Origin: an uncultured virus (IMG/VR IMGVR_UViG_3300043774_000843)
Lineage: Duplodnaviria; Heunggongvirae; Uroviricota; Caudoviricetes
Virus record (IMG/VR): IMGVR_UViG_3300043774_000843
Strand: one strand, 5' to 3'
Length of the DNA: 64,000 nucleotides
Part shown: in pieces, positions 7,444 to 16,151 of the stretch
How positions within the stretch are numbered: position 1 is the stretch's first letter
How the letters are laid out: each line of letters begins with the position of its first letter
Program-made: the position numbers and the translations under genes
The notes under the pieces: model-generated
What the model saw: the letters and a program-made list of their open reading frames with translations, nothing else
Told to the model about the DNA's origin: nothing
Database searches by the model: none

Positions 7444-7492
7444 AACTTACATCTTTGCGCTATAATGTAGGAAATAAATATTTATCAACAAT
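7444..7492. promoter_or_regulatory. Conserved array-terminal (attI-like) site, copy 1
   Basis: 41/49 identical to 19364-19412; begins at the AAC of the last cassette; does not form a hairpin. Confidence 0.65.
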
Positions 7493-7547
7493 ATTATTAT
7501 TGATAGTTTTTATTGCTTATATTTACCACAATTAAAAAACAACAAAA

Positions 7548-7991
7548 ATGGAAAAAACAGAAAAAGACAAATTAGAATTTAAAATCAGAAAGTTTTTTAT
7601 AGACGAAAAAAACTACTTACAAATTAAGAGTAATGATAAATTAATATTCTTAACTCTATATTTAGATGGAGAAAAGAGGGGTAGGAATATCGGAACTGTT
7701 ACTAAATCTACACGAACTATATTTATGAAACGTAAAGTAGATAAACACTTATTTAGGAAAATGAACGCTTGGGGGTTCAATGATTATGTTTTAAGAAATC
7801 AAAGCACATTCGATTTTGTGAGTTTAAGTGATGATAAAGGAAACCATTGGAGTAAAATACCTGTAAGTATGATTTTAGATGGTGCAACTTACCTAAATTT
7901 TAAAAATCAGGGATTTGAATTACAAAGATTTGTTTCTTTGGAAGATTTAGAGAAATACAAAGTAAAAAAAGAAGATAATACGAGATTTTAA
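7548..7991 (+). CDS. Hypothetical protein
   Basis: 147-aa ORF; KHLFRKMNAWGF block. Confidence 0.7.
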   Translation: MEKTEKDKLEFKIRKFFIDEKNYLQIKSNDKLIFLTLYLDGEKRGRNIGTVTKSTRTIFMKRKVDKHLFRKMNAWGFNDYVLRNQSTFDFVSLSDDKGNHWSKIPVSMILDGATYLNFKNQGFELQRFVSLEDLEKYKVKKEDNTRF

Positions 7992-7992
7992 T

Positions 7993-8481
7993 ATGAATAC
8001 TGGAAACTACATGATAGATGGAGATGATGGAAGTCATTGCTTTTCGCCTTATCACGATTCAAAGAAATGTAAACTCTGCAAAGAGCTTGAAGAAGAATTG
8101 AAAAAAGAACAAGAATTTGACGAGGATTTGGAAAATGACAACGAAGTTTTTGAAACCGAACACAAATTGCCTTTTTTAATAGCAGAATATTCTTTGAATT
8201 TAGATACTAAACACAAATGGATTTGCTTTAAGGTAGGAACTTGCGAAGGACTTTGGAGATGCACATATACAAGTTATGAGATTTTAGCTATCAAAAACAA
8301 AGAAAAAGGTAACGGACACCTCAACGATGTTTTTCAATGGTTTGAAATGAGTAGTAAAAGAGATAACAAAACTCTGAAAGTAAAGGAAGTATGGAACGAG
8401 AGATTTCAAAACCACTTGCAAAAAAGAGGATTCAAAAGATGTTCGGCTTTTGATTTTGAAAAAACTTTTAAAAATAATTAA
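7993..8481 (+). CDS. Possible GNAT-like acetyltransferase
   Basis: EILAI...KGNGHL and N...HLQKRGF resemble GNAT motifs A and B. Confidence 0.45.
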   Translation: MNTGNYMIDGDDGSHCFSPYHDSKKCKLCKELEEELKKEQEFDEDLENDNEVFETEHKLPFLIAEYSLNLDTKHKWICFKVGTCEGLWRCTYTSYEILAIKNKEKGNGHLNDVFQWFEMSSKRDNKTLKVKEVWNERFQNHLQKRGFKRCSAFDFEKTFKNN

Positions 8482-8784
8482 ATGGGAATGTTCGATGATT
8501 TGGTAATTGACAAAGCTCACTTACCTGAAAATTTAAAAAATTATGAAGAAGGTTGGCAGACAAAATCGCTTGACTGCTATCTGAACAAAATTTCAATAAA
8601 TCAAAATGGGATTTTGTTTGAAAGTCAATTTGCGGAAAATGGAGTTGAGGTAGGCAAATTGCCACTTTATCACATTGGAGAGATAAGATTTTATCAAACA
8701 ATAAATGATGTTTGGTATGAATTTATTGGATTTTTTGATGAGGGTATAATGTTTAGATTAATACAAATAGAGCCGAAAAAATAA
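8482..8784 (+). CDS. Conserved phage hypothetical protein
   Basis: MGMFD...WQTKSLDC...GEIRFY pattern. Confidence 0.65.
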   Translation: MGMFDDLVIDKAHLPENLKNYEEGWQTKSLDCYLNKISINQNGILFESQFAENGVEVGKLPLYHIGEIRFYQTINDVWYEFIGFFDEGIMFRLIQIEPKK

Positions 8785-8788
8785 TTTT

Positions 8789-9610
8789 ATGGAAAAAGTA
8801 TTTAACATTCAGCATATAAACGATTTATTCACTATTGAATGTAGAAAATTAGTAGCGGAAGATTGCGAATTAGTATCGGATTCAGGTTATTTATTGAACG
8901 AAGAAAAATATATTAGTAGAAAAATAGTTTATTCTCTTAAAAAAGAATTGCTGAATGAAATAAAAGATGTTATCTATTCAATTATAGAAAAACAAAATAA
9001 AAGTTACTATTTAGATTTTATGTCATTCAATGGTGAATTTATGAAATTAGAGGGCAAATATCTTCGAGATGATTTTACCAAATACATAGATTTAATTGCT
9101 AACGAAATAGTATTAGATAAATATAAAAATTTAGATTTTAGAGGATGTAAAACTCAAAAAGATAGAGATAATAAAATAGAAAAATTAAAAAAATATATTG
9201 ATTTTTATGAAACTGAAAAATCCAATTTTCTTGATACTCGTTTAGAATATTTGAATATAGAACTTGAAAGATTAGTTACATATATTAATTATGAAACTGA
9301 AAAAGAACTTGTCAATTATCTTACAAGCGAAGAATCTATACAAAACATAACCGATGAGCAATTACATAATTTATCGAGAGAATCAAAAAAACTATCTATT
9401 GAACTTGCTGTATTATCTGAACGAAGAAATATAGTTAATGATGAACTATCTAAATTAAAAAGAAAAATTGTTATGGAAAGGCTAATTTCAAGCAATTTTA
9501 CGATAAGTGATGAAAATGGTAATAAATACATTTTACCTCAATCAACAGCAGAAAAAGTAAAAGAAAAATTGCATATAAGTTTTGTTGCTAAAAAGCATAT
9601 TAAGGTGTAA
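8789..9610 (+). CDS. Hypothetical coiled-coil protein
   Basis: 273-aa ORF. Confidence 0.65.
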   Translation: MEKVFNIQHINDLFTIECRKLVAEDCELVSDSGYLLNEEKYISRKIVYSLKKELLNEIKDVIYSIIEKQNKSYYLDFMSFNGEFMKLEGKYLRDDFTKYIDLIANEIVLDKYKNLDFRGCKTQKDRDNKIEKLKKYIDFYETEKSNFLDTRLEYLNIELERLVTYINYETEKELVNYLTSEESIQNITDEQLHNLSRESKKLSIELAVLSERRNIVNDELSKLKRKIVMERLISSNFTISDENGNKYILPQSTAEKVKEKLHISFVAKKHIKV

Positions 9611-9663
9611 TTTGCAAACTGATTATCAATACTATACGATAAAAAATTAAAATTTAACATTTG

Positions 9664-9698
9664 AGCTATTGACAATTAAAGTAAATTTACTACATTTG
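9664..9698 (+). promoter_or_regulatory. Putative early promoter, copy 2
   Basis: AGCTATTGACAA-N15-TACATTTG; same spacing as 1229-1263. Confidence 0.7.
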
Positions 9699-9737
9699 TA
9701 AAAGTTTCAATACCACTAAAAAATTCTACGGTCAAAA

Positions 9738-10235
9738 ATGAATTTATTTATTTTATCAAACAGCAAAGAGGAATCGGCAGTATTCCATACAGACAAACAT
9801 ATTGTTAAAATGCCGACTGAACTAAGTCAAATGTTATCGTTTGCTTATCATCATTCTAATTTATGGAAACATAATAATCCTGAATTTATTATGCAGTTTT
9901 CCAAAACACACGATTTGCACCCTTGCTCAAAATGGATGCGTGAAAGTTTATCTAACTGGATTTATAGTTGTGAGTTTGGATTAGAGCTATATAAAGAGTA
10001 TCAGTTTAGATTCAATAAACCCGACAAACATCAAAGAGCAAAAAAAATATTTGAATTTTCACTAAACAACCCTCCTAATATTAAAGATATTGGCTTAACC
10101 CCTTTCGTTTGCGCTATGCCCGATGAAGTTAAGATTAGCGATTGTGCGGTATCTAATTACAGAAATTACTATAATAAATCGAAAACCCATTTGTTTAAGT
10201 GGACAGCAAGAAATAAACCTTATTGGATATATTAA
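9738..10235 (+). CDS. Pyrimidine-dimer DNA glycosylase (endonuclease V)-like protein
   Basis: MNLFIL...DKHIVKMPTELSQMLS...HPCSKW...CAMPD...YRNYY. Confidence 0.7.
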   Translation: MNLFILSNSKEESAVFHTDKHIVKMPTELSQMLSFAYHHSNLWKHNNPEFIMQFSKTHDLHPCSKWMRESLSNWIYSCEFGLELYKEYQFRFNKPDKHQRAKKIFEFSLNNPPNIKDIGLTPFVCAMPDEVKISDCAVSNYRNYYNKSKTHLFKWTARNKPYWIY

Positions 10236-10245
10236 AAATAACACT

Positions 10246-10946
10246 ATGAGAAAAACCTACAAAAAAATCAAACTTCAATTAGATACTGGGAAGATATTTG
10301 TTGAGGATGTAACCGAAAGTAACTTTCACCCCTCGCAAGTAAATGAAATAATAAATGAAATAAATGATAAACACGATTATTCATTTACAATAGCAGAATC
10401 AAAATCAGTAAAAAAACAAACTATATCTTTAATCAAATACCATTTGAGAAAAGTTGAAAAAGAGTTAAGTTATTTTAGAAGGCATCAGGAGTGTTACCAA
10501 AAGGCACTTGATAGAGTTTCAACAACAGATTTAAGCAATGAAAATGAATAATAAAAGACCTTACAAATTAAAAGGCAATAAGTACCAGTTAGTTAATTTA
10601 AAGAAATTAACAGGAGAAGAAGTTTATTTGAGCAGAAACCAAGTTTTTGAAATAAACAACTTATTATTTGCCATAAAAGAAATTAACATAGAAATTAAAA
10701 ACATAATCAAAGATGGCAAAAAAGGTACAAATAAAAGATGATTTAATCACAAATGAAGAATACAAAACTTTGAATATTATCTTAAATAAGATTCGTGTTC
10801 AGTTAAATTCCAAGATAAGCATTAGAGATACATTAGATGGCTTTATTATTATTCAAACTTACAATGATTCAGGAATAATTAGAAGTGAGGTGAAAACAAA
10901 TAGCATAAAAACTGGTGTTAATTTTCTATATAACAAAATTTATTAA
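10246..10946 (+). other. Three small hypothetical genes (10246-10551, 10538-10741, 10713-10946)
   Basis: Overlapping co-oriented ORFs. Confidence 0.55.
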
Positions 10947-10958
10947 ATGAAATGTAAT

Positions 10959-11070
10959 TTAAAATTATAATAAAAATGATAAAAGTAGGGAGTGATTTTA
11001 GCGGAGTTGGTGCTTTTAATCAAGCACTTATGAGATTAGGTATTGATTATGAAGAAGTATTTGCTTGTGA
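10959..11070 (+). repeat. 112-bp direct repeat, copy 1 (copy 2 at 12686-12797)
   Basis: TTAAAATTATAATAAAAATGATAAAAGTAGGGAGTG...TTTGCTTGTGA appears identical at both positions. Confidence 0.9.
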
Positions 11071-12697
11071 TATGGATAAATACGCAAGACAAACTTTTAT
11101 TCATAATTACGGAGAACCTAAATATTTTCCAACAAATGTTTACGATAGAGAAATTCCAAAAGAAAGTTTAGATATTTACATGACATCGCCCCCATGCCAA
11201 GCATTTAGTTTGGCAGGTAAAAGATTAGGCAAAGATGATAAAAGGGGTATTTTGTTTTTTAACTCTCACGAATTTATCAAAGAAAACAAACCACGTTATT
11301 TTATATTTGAGAACGTGAAAGGTTTACTTTCTGATGATGGCGGTAAAACTTTTAGTGAATGGGTTAATATGTTAGGTGGCAAGTCAGTAAATGGAAATCC
11401 TGTTATTTTTCCATACGAAGAAAGCGTTCCTTATCATATATATTGGAAAGTCCTTAACGCTAAAGATTATGGCGTTCCACAAAATAGAGAAAGAGTATTT
11501 ATAATAGGTATTCGTGATGATGAAGATAATAATTTCACTTTTCCTAAAGAAGAATATCTAACTAAAAGATTAAAAGATGTACTTGAAAATGATGTTGATA
11601 AAAAATATTTTTTGAGTGAAAGATTGATGTCTTGGATTGATAGGCATAGAACAAAAAGAGGCAGTTCAAACAAATACCCATTAGATGAAAATGATGTAGG
11701 AGCTTGTATGGTTGCAAGATATGGGAAAAATGGAGCAGAGGACCCGTATATAAAAGTTAATGATTTACATATTGATAATAGTAAAGAAATTAAAGTTGGT
11801 ACATGGAGAACTCACAATGATGGTAGAGGATTTAGAGAAGTATCAGATGAAAATTGTCCTACAATTCCTGCAAGAGCAAGAGAAGATGGAAGTGGGCAAC
11901 CAGTTATAATAGAATACAATATACCTGAAATTGTTAAAGTAAGAAAGCATGAGGTTAGGATAAATGAATTACAACAATTATTAAAAAAGCATAAAAATAT
12001 ATCTATAAAAGAAATTTCAAAAAAATTAAATTGTCAAAAAACAAAAGTTGAACATTGGTTTAGAACAGATACTTTTTTTTCTATACCCGATGCTGAATAT
12101 TGGTTACAATTAAAAGAAATAATTGGTATTGATACTGATGAGTTTGATTCTGAAATTATGGAATTTGAAGAAAGAGAGGGAGTGTTTGATAAATCAAATA
12201 GGGTATATGATACACAAGGAATATCTCCGACTTTAACATCAACAAGCTCTGATGAAAAAATAATTAATAAAGTTATTCAGTTAAATCCAAGTAAAGAAAG
12301 TAATGGTAATCAACCTTATCAACATAATAGAGTTTATGATACAAAAGGTATAATGACTGCATTAGATACTGATTCAGGAAGAAAATCGGTTATGATAGAT
12401 GATTATAAAGAATCTCAAAATGAATGGATTCAAGGAGGACTACAAAAAAATCAACCAAAACAATTTAATGGCATATCCCCTTGTTTAACATCGGCTATGG
12501 GCATGGGGGGAGGACAAACGCCAATACATAATTATAATTATAAAATAAGAAGATTAACCCCAAGAGAATGTTTTAGGTTAATGGATTTTAATGATACATT
12601 CACTTGGATATGTTCAGATTCACAAGCATATAAACAGGCAGGTAATAGTATTGTTGTTGGAGTTTTAGCTAAAATAATTAATAAGTTAAAATTATAA
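10976..12697 (+). CDS. dcm: C5 cytosine DNA methyltransferase with long variable region including an HTH-like insert
   Basis: FSGVG (motif I), SPPCQAFS (IV), ENVKG (VI), QNRERVF (VIII), RRLTPREC and QAGNSI (IX, X). Confidence 0.95.
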   Translation: MIKVGSDFSGVGAFNQALMRLGIDYEEVFACDMDKYARQTFIHNYGEPKYFPTNVYDREIPKESLDIYMTSPPCQAFSLAGKRLGKDDKRGILFFNSHEFIKENKPRYFIFENVKGLLSDDGGKTFSEWVNMLGGKSVNGNPVIFPYEESVPYHIYWKVLNAKDYGVPQNRERVFIIGIRDDEDNNFTFPKEEYLTKRLKDVLENDVDKKYFLSERLMSWIDRHRTKRGSSNKYPLDENDVGACMVARYGKNGAEDPYIKVNDLHIDNSKEIKVGTWRTHNDGRGFREVSDENCPTIPARAREDGSGQPVIIEYNIPEIVKVRKHEVRINELQQLLKKHKNISIKEISKKLNCQKTKVEHWFRTDTFFSIPDAEYWLQLKEIIGIDTDEFDSEIMEFEEREGVFDKSNRVYDTQGISPTLTSTSSDEKIINKVIQLNPSKESNGNQPYQHNRVYDTKGIMTALDTDSGRKSVMIDDYKESQNEWIQGGLQKNQPKQFNGISPCLTSAMGMGGGQTPIHNYNYKIRRLTPRECFRLMDFNDTFTWICSDSQAYKQAGNSIVVGVLAKIINKLKL

Positions 12698-12797
12698 TAA
12701 AAATGATAAAAGTAGGGAGTGATTTTAGCGGAGTTGGTGCTTTTAATCAAGCACTTATGAGATTAGGTATTGATTATGAAGAAGTATTTGCTTGTGA
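12686..12797 (+). repeat. 112-bp direct repeat, copy 2; yields a truncated methyltransferase N-terminus
   Basis: Matches 10959-11070, then diverges and hits a stop within a few codons. Confidence 0.9.
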
Positions 12798-12829
12798 AAG
12801 TAAAAGAAAAGAAAAATTAATAATTAAAT

Positions 12830-13039
12830 ATGGAAAACTTAAAAAAAGAAATAGCCAAAAATATTAGGGCTAAAAGAAAAGAACTAAAATTAAAGCAACA
12901 TCAAGTTGCCAAAGAATTAAATATTATACGAAATGCAGTAAGCAGATTGGAAAGTGGCAATCATTTAATTTCTATTGATGTGCTATATAAACTATGCAAG
13001 ATATTTAATTGCGAATCCAAAGAAATACTTAAATTCTAA
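12830..13039 (+). CDS. XRE-family HTH regulator
   Basis: IRAKRKELKLKQHQVAKELNI...SRLESG. Confidence 0.9.
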   Translation: MENLKKEIAKNIRAKRKELKLKQHQVAKELNIIRNAVSRLESGNHLISIDVLYKLCKIFNCESKEILKF

Positions 13040-13043
13040 AAAC

Positions 13044-13873
13044 ATGAAACAAGAAAAAGAACAACAACAAGAACAACAATCAGCATTAGATTATTTTTGG
13101 AAACAAATAAGTAATAAATACTTAGATAGCTATCAAAAAGAATTATTTACTAAATTTTATGAAAAGGCTAAGTTAATTGAAATAGAACAGCAAAAAAAAA
13201 CACAATTAAAAATTAAATAAATGGAAGTAGGTCAAACATATTTAGGAAAAGAGATAAAAGAAAAGCACGAATTTAACGTGGAGGGTACTTTTGAAAGTTT
13301 TTACGCAGCTCGTACTTGGGCAGTAAATAGGGGTTATGAAATAGGCTCTATGGATGGTCGTAATCCAATAGCAATGATGAAAGGTTATGACTATGTTGCT
13401 AAATGGCATAACTTAAACAGGAAAGAACAACAATCTGTTCATGGAGTAATGATTTCAGATTATTTTAGAGAAAAGCCAGTAACAATATTAATTTTTGAAA
13501 ATTCAAATTAATATTATGAAAAAAACAACACTAATAGCAATCGCACTTTTATTGTTAATAATAATGATAACAAATGCAATTTTTAATAAAGACAAAAGTT
13601 CAGGATATATTATCGGGATTTGTGCAGGTCTATGTTTTGGTAGAATTTTAGCTGAAATAATATAATGGAAACAAAATTTAATTAAAAAGAATGAAAGACC
13701 AAAAATTTTTAATAGTAGAAAGCGCAAAAGAAGTGAATGATTATTTAGAAAAAGGATGGGAAGTAGTTTCGGTTACGCCTCAATCAGTTTCAGTTTCAGT
13801 AACTTCTTCTTCTTACGTTTACAAAGAATTAGTAGGGAAGTTTGCAGTAGTAATTCAAAAGATAAAACAATAA
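13044..13873 (+). other. Small hypothetical genes (13044-13220, 13221-13511, 13691-13873)
   Basis: ORF track; 13691 has the YLEKGWEVVSV DUF4177-like pattern. Confidence 0.6.
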
Positions 13874-14451
13874 TGGAAAATATTATAAACACAGGATATT
13901 ATATGCTAATAGTAGATGATTCAGAGATTAAAAAGGAAACCTATTGTTATGATTCTATAAACAATATTCTTGTTTTCTACAAAGGTAGCATGAAGAATAT
14001 TGGATTTCAAAAAGTGATTAGTCATTTACCACTCAATAACTCACCAATACTTGAAAATGTACCTCTTTTACCACCACTTGAAGATGATAATATACATTTT
14101 GGAGATTTAAGAAATGTAGATGTAGATTCTTTTATGAGTGGCTACAACAAAGCCGAAGAGAAGTATAATTTAACTTTAGATAAGTTGCTTGACTTATACA
14201 TTGAAGAAAGCGGTTATGGTATGGATATGTGGAGTAAAGAAGAAAATGCAACAATGAATATTGTAACTAAAATCATCCAATCCCTCCAACAACCAAAGAT
14301 GCCTGTTGGGTTTAAGTGTGAAATAGAAGCAATGAACATAGATGAAATTAGAGAACAAGGAAAAGGTTTTTTAAATACTAATACAAAGAAATTAAAAACA
14401 ATAACCAACTCACAAGGTCTTACTCAATTAGTAGGGGAATACATTTATTAA
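13873..14451 (+). CDS. Hypothetical protein (paralog of 3807-4520)
   Basis: Shared motif blocks; start at ATG 13873. Confidence 0.7.
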   Translation: MENIINTGYYMLIVDDSEIKKETYCYDSINNILVFYKGSMKNIGFQKVISHLPLNNSPILENVPLLPPLEDDNIHFGDLRNVDVDSFMSGYNKAEEKYNLTLDKLLDLYIEESGYGMDMWSKEENATMNIVTKIIQSLQQPKMPVGFKCEIEAMNIDEIREQGKGFLNTNTKKLKTITNSQGLTQLVGEYIY

Positions 14452-14470
14452 CTAAAATCAAATAAAAAAA

Positions 14471-15499
14471 ATGAGAACATTAGCATCAATTCAAACAATA
14501 AAAGACATACAGCCAATAGAAAATGCCGATAGTATTGAGGTAGCAAGTATATTGGGTTGGAAAGTAGTAGTGTTGAAAAATCAATTCAAAGTTGGCGATA
14601 AGGTTGTTTATTGCGAAATAGATAGTTTATTGCCAGATATTGAAATATTTTCGTTCCTAAAACCAAGAGGTATGAGAATAAAAACTATTAGATTAAAAGG
14701 TCAAATAAGTCAGGGGATTTGCTTTCCGCTATCCACCGTTGAGTATTTTGGCTTACTTCCCGAAGATATGATTGAAGGGCAAAATGTAACCGAAGCAATA
14801 GGTGTCGTTAAACACGAACCACCTATCCCAGCTTGTTTAAGTGGAGTTATGAAAGGAAAGTTCCCTTCGTTCATTCCTAAAACAGATGAAACAAGAGTGC
14901 AAGTATTACAAAAACTATTAGATAAATACGAGGGAACTAATTGCTACATTACCGAAAAAATTGATGGTAGTTCCGTTACCTATTACTTAAAAGATGGGGA
15001 ATTTGGTGTTTGTAGTCGAAATATGGAATTGTTGGAATCCGAAGAAAATACATTTTGGAAAATGGCAAGACAACTTAACATTGAAAACAAATTAAGGTCT
15101 TATGGAAAAAACATTGCTATACAGGGTGAATCGTTTGGCGAAAAAATACAAGACAACAAACTAAAAATAAAAGGGCATAGGGTATTATTTTTCAATGCTT
15201 TTGATATTGACAGGTTTGAGTATTTTAATTTTGAACAGTTTGCCTTACTAATGGCAAATTTAGGATTGGATAATGTTCCTATTTTAGATTTCAACTATAA
15301 ACTATCTAACAATATTGATAGAATTATTGAAATGTCAAAAATAAAAAGCACCTTAAATAAAGATGTTTGGGCGGAGGGAATAGTAATTAGACCTCACAAA
15401 GAACGTATTGATTTGATGCTTTCAAATGAAAATTTCAACAATGGTCGTGTAAGTTTTAAAGCAATAAACCCTGAATTTTTAATTAAGTATGGAGAATAA
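14471..15499 (+). CDS. ATP-dependent RNA ligase, DRB0094/Rnl2-like, with N-terminal OB-like domain
   Basis: MRTLASIQ...IENADSIE, PKTDETRVQ, EKIDGSS (KxDG), QGE, EGIVIR, SFKAIN. Confidence 0.9.
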   Translation: MRTLASIQTIKDIQPIENADSIEVASILGWKVVVLKNQFKVGDKVVYCEIDSLLPDIEIFSFLKPRGMRIKTIRLKGQISQGICFPLSTVEYFGLLPEDMIEGQNVTEAIGVVKHEPPIPACLSGVMKGKFPSFIPKTDETRVQVLQKLLDKYEGTNCYITEKIDGSSVTYYLKDGEFGVCSRNMELLESEENTFWKMARQLNIENKLRSYGKNIAIQGESFGEKIQDNKLKIKGHRVLFFNAFDIDRFEYFNFEQFALLMANLGLDNVPILDFNYKLSNNIDRIIEMSKIKSTLNKDVWAEGIVIRPHKERIDLMLSNENFNNGRVSFKAINPEFLIKYGE

Positions 15500-15989
15500 A
15501 AAAGTATTATTTCTTGACCACGATGGAGTAATTTGTTTGGCTACGGAGTGGGGTAGTCGTTTTAAAAACAAAGAGGGTTTTGATTCTTTATTTGATAGAT
15601 TCAATCAAAAGGCAATAAATGTTTTGAATGAAATAATTGATGAAACCGATTGCGAGATAGTTATTAGTTCTGATTGGAGATTTCATTGCTCATTATCAGA
15701 AATGCAACAACTATATAAAATAAGAGGAATAGCAAAACCCCCTATGGCATATACTCGTTCTGATTTAGATTGGAAACTATTTTTAGATGTTAATCCCAAT
15801 AATGAATTAGAAAAAACAAGAGTTATGGAGATATTAAGTTATGTAAAGGAATATAATTTAGTTAATTGGGTAGCAGTAGATGATATGGATTTAAGTTTAT
15901 TAGGGAATTTCGTTCATACTCCAAAATCTATGGAGGGAATTAAGCAGTCAGGTGTAAAAGAAAAAATAATTAAATTTTTAAACAAATGA
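15489..15989 (+). CDS. HAD phosphatase of the RNA-repair (Swiss-Army-knife HAD) type
   Basis: LFLDHDGV, IVISSDWR, WVAVDD; overlaps the end of the RNA ligase. Confidence 0.85.
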   Translation: MENKKVLFLDHDGVICLATEWGSRFKNKEGFDSLFDRFNQKAINVLNEIIDETDCEIVISSDWRFHCSLSEMQQLYKIRGIAKPPMAYTRSDLDWKLFLDVNPNNELEKTRVMEILSYVKEYNLVNWVAVDDMDLSLLGNFVHTPKSMEGIKQSGVKEKIIKFLNK

Positions 15990-16151
15990 GATATAGAATA
16001 ATGACAATTATATTGTTTTTCCCTTGCTGTTTGCTTGATTTTTTATTCTTATTAATCATTTATTTGCCTCTTTGGATAGTATGTGGAACTAAATTAACAT
16101 CAAGGCAACCACTATTAGAATGGATATTTGAACAATCAAATAATAAACACA

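Larger units (their letters stand above)
5148..7492. mobile_element. Integron-like gene cassette array 1: six cassettes, attC-like hairpins, terminal attI-like site
   Basis: Hairpins AAC...GTT at 5148-5185 (degenerate), 5295-5359, 5814-5940, 6113-6159, 6801-6890 and 7149-7229. Each intervening gene is flanked by a private GTT...AAC inverted repeat. Confidence 0.8.

Noticed and set aside
5183..7446. MITEs or IS elements with terminal inverted repeats
   Set aside because: Each IR pair is unique, there are no target duplications or DDE transposase, and the units are joined through shared hairpins.
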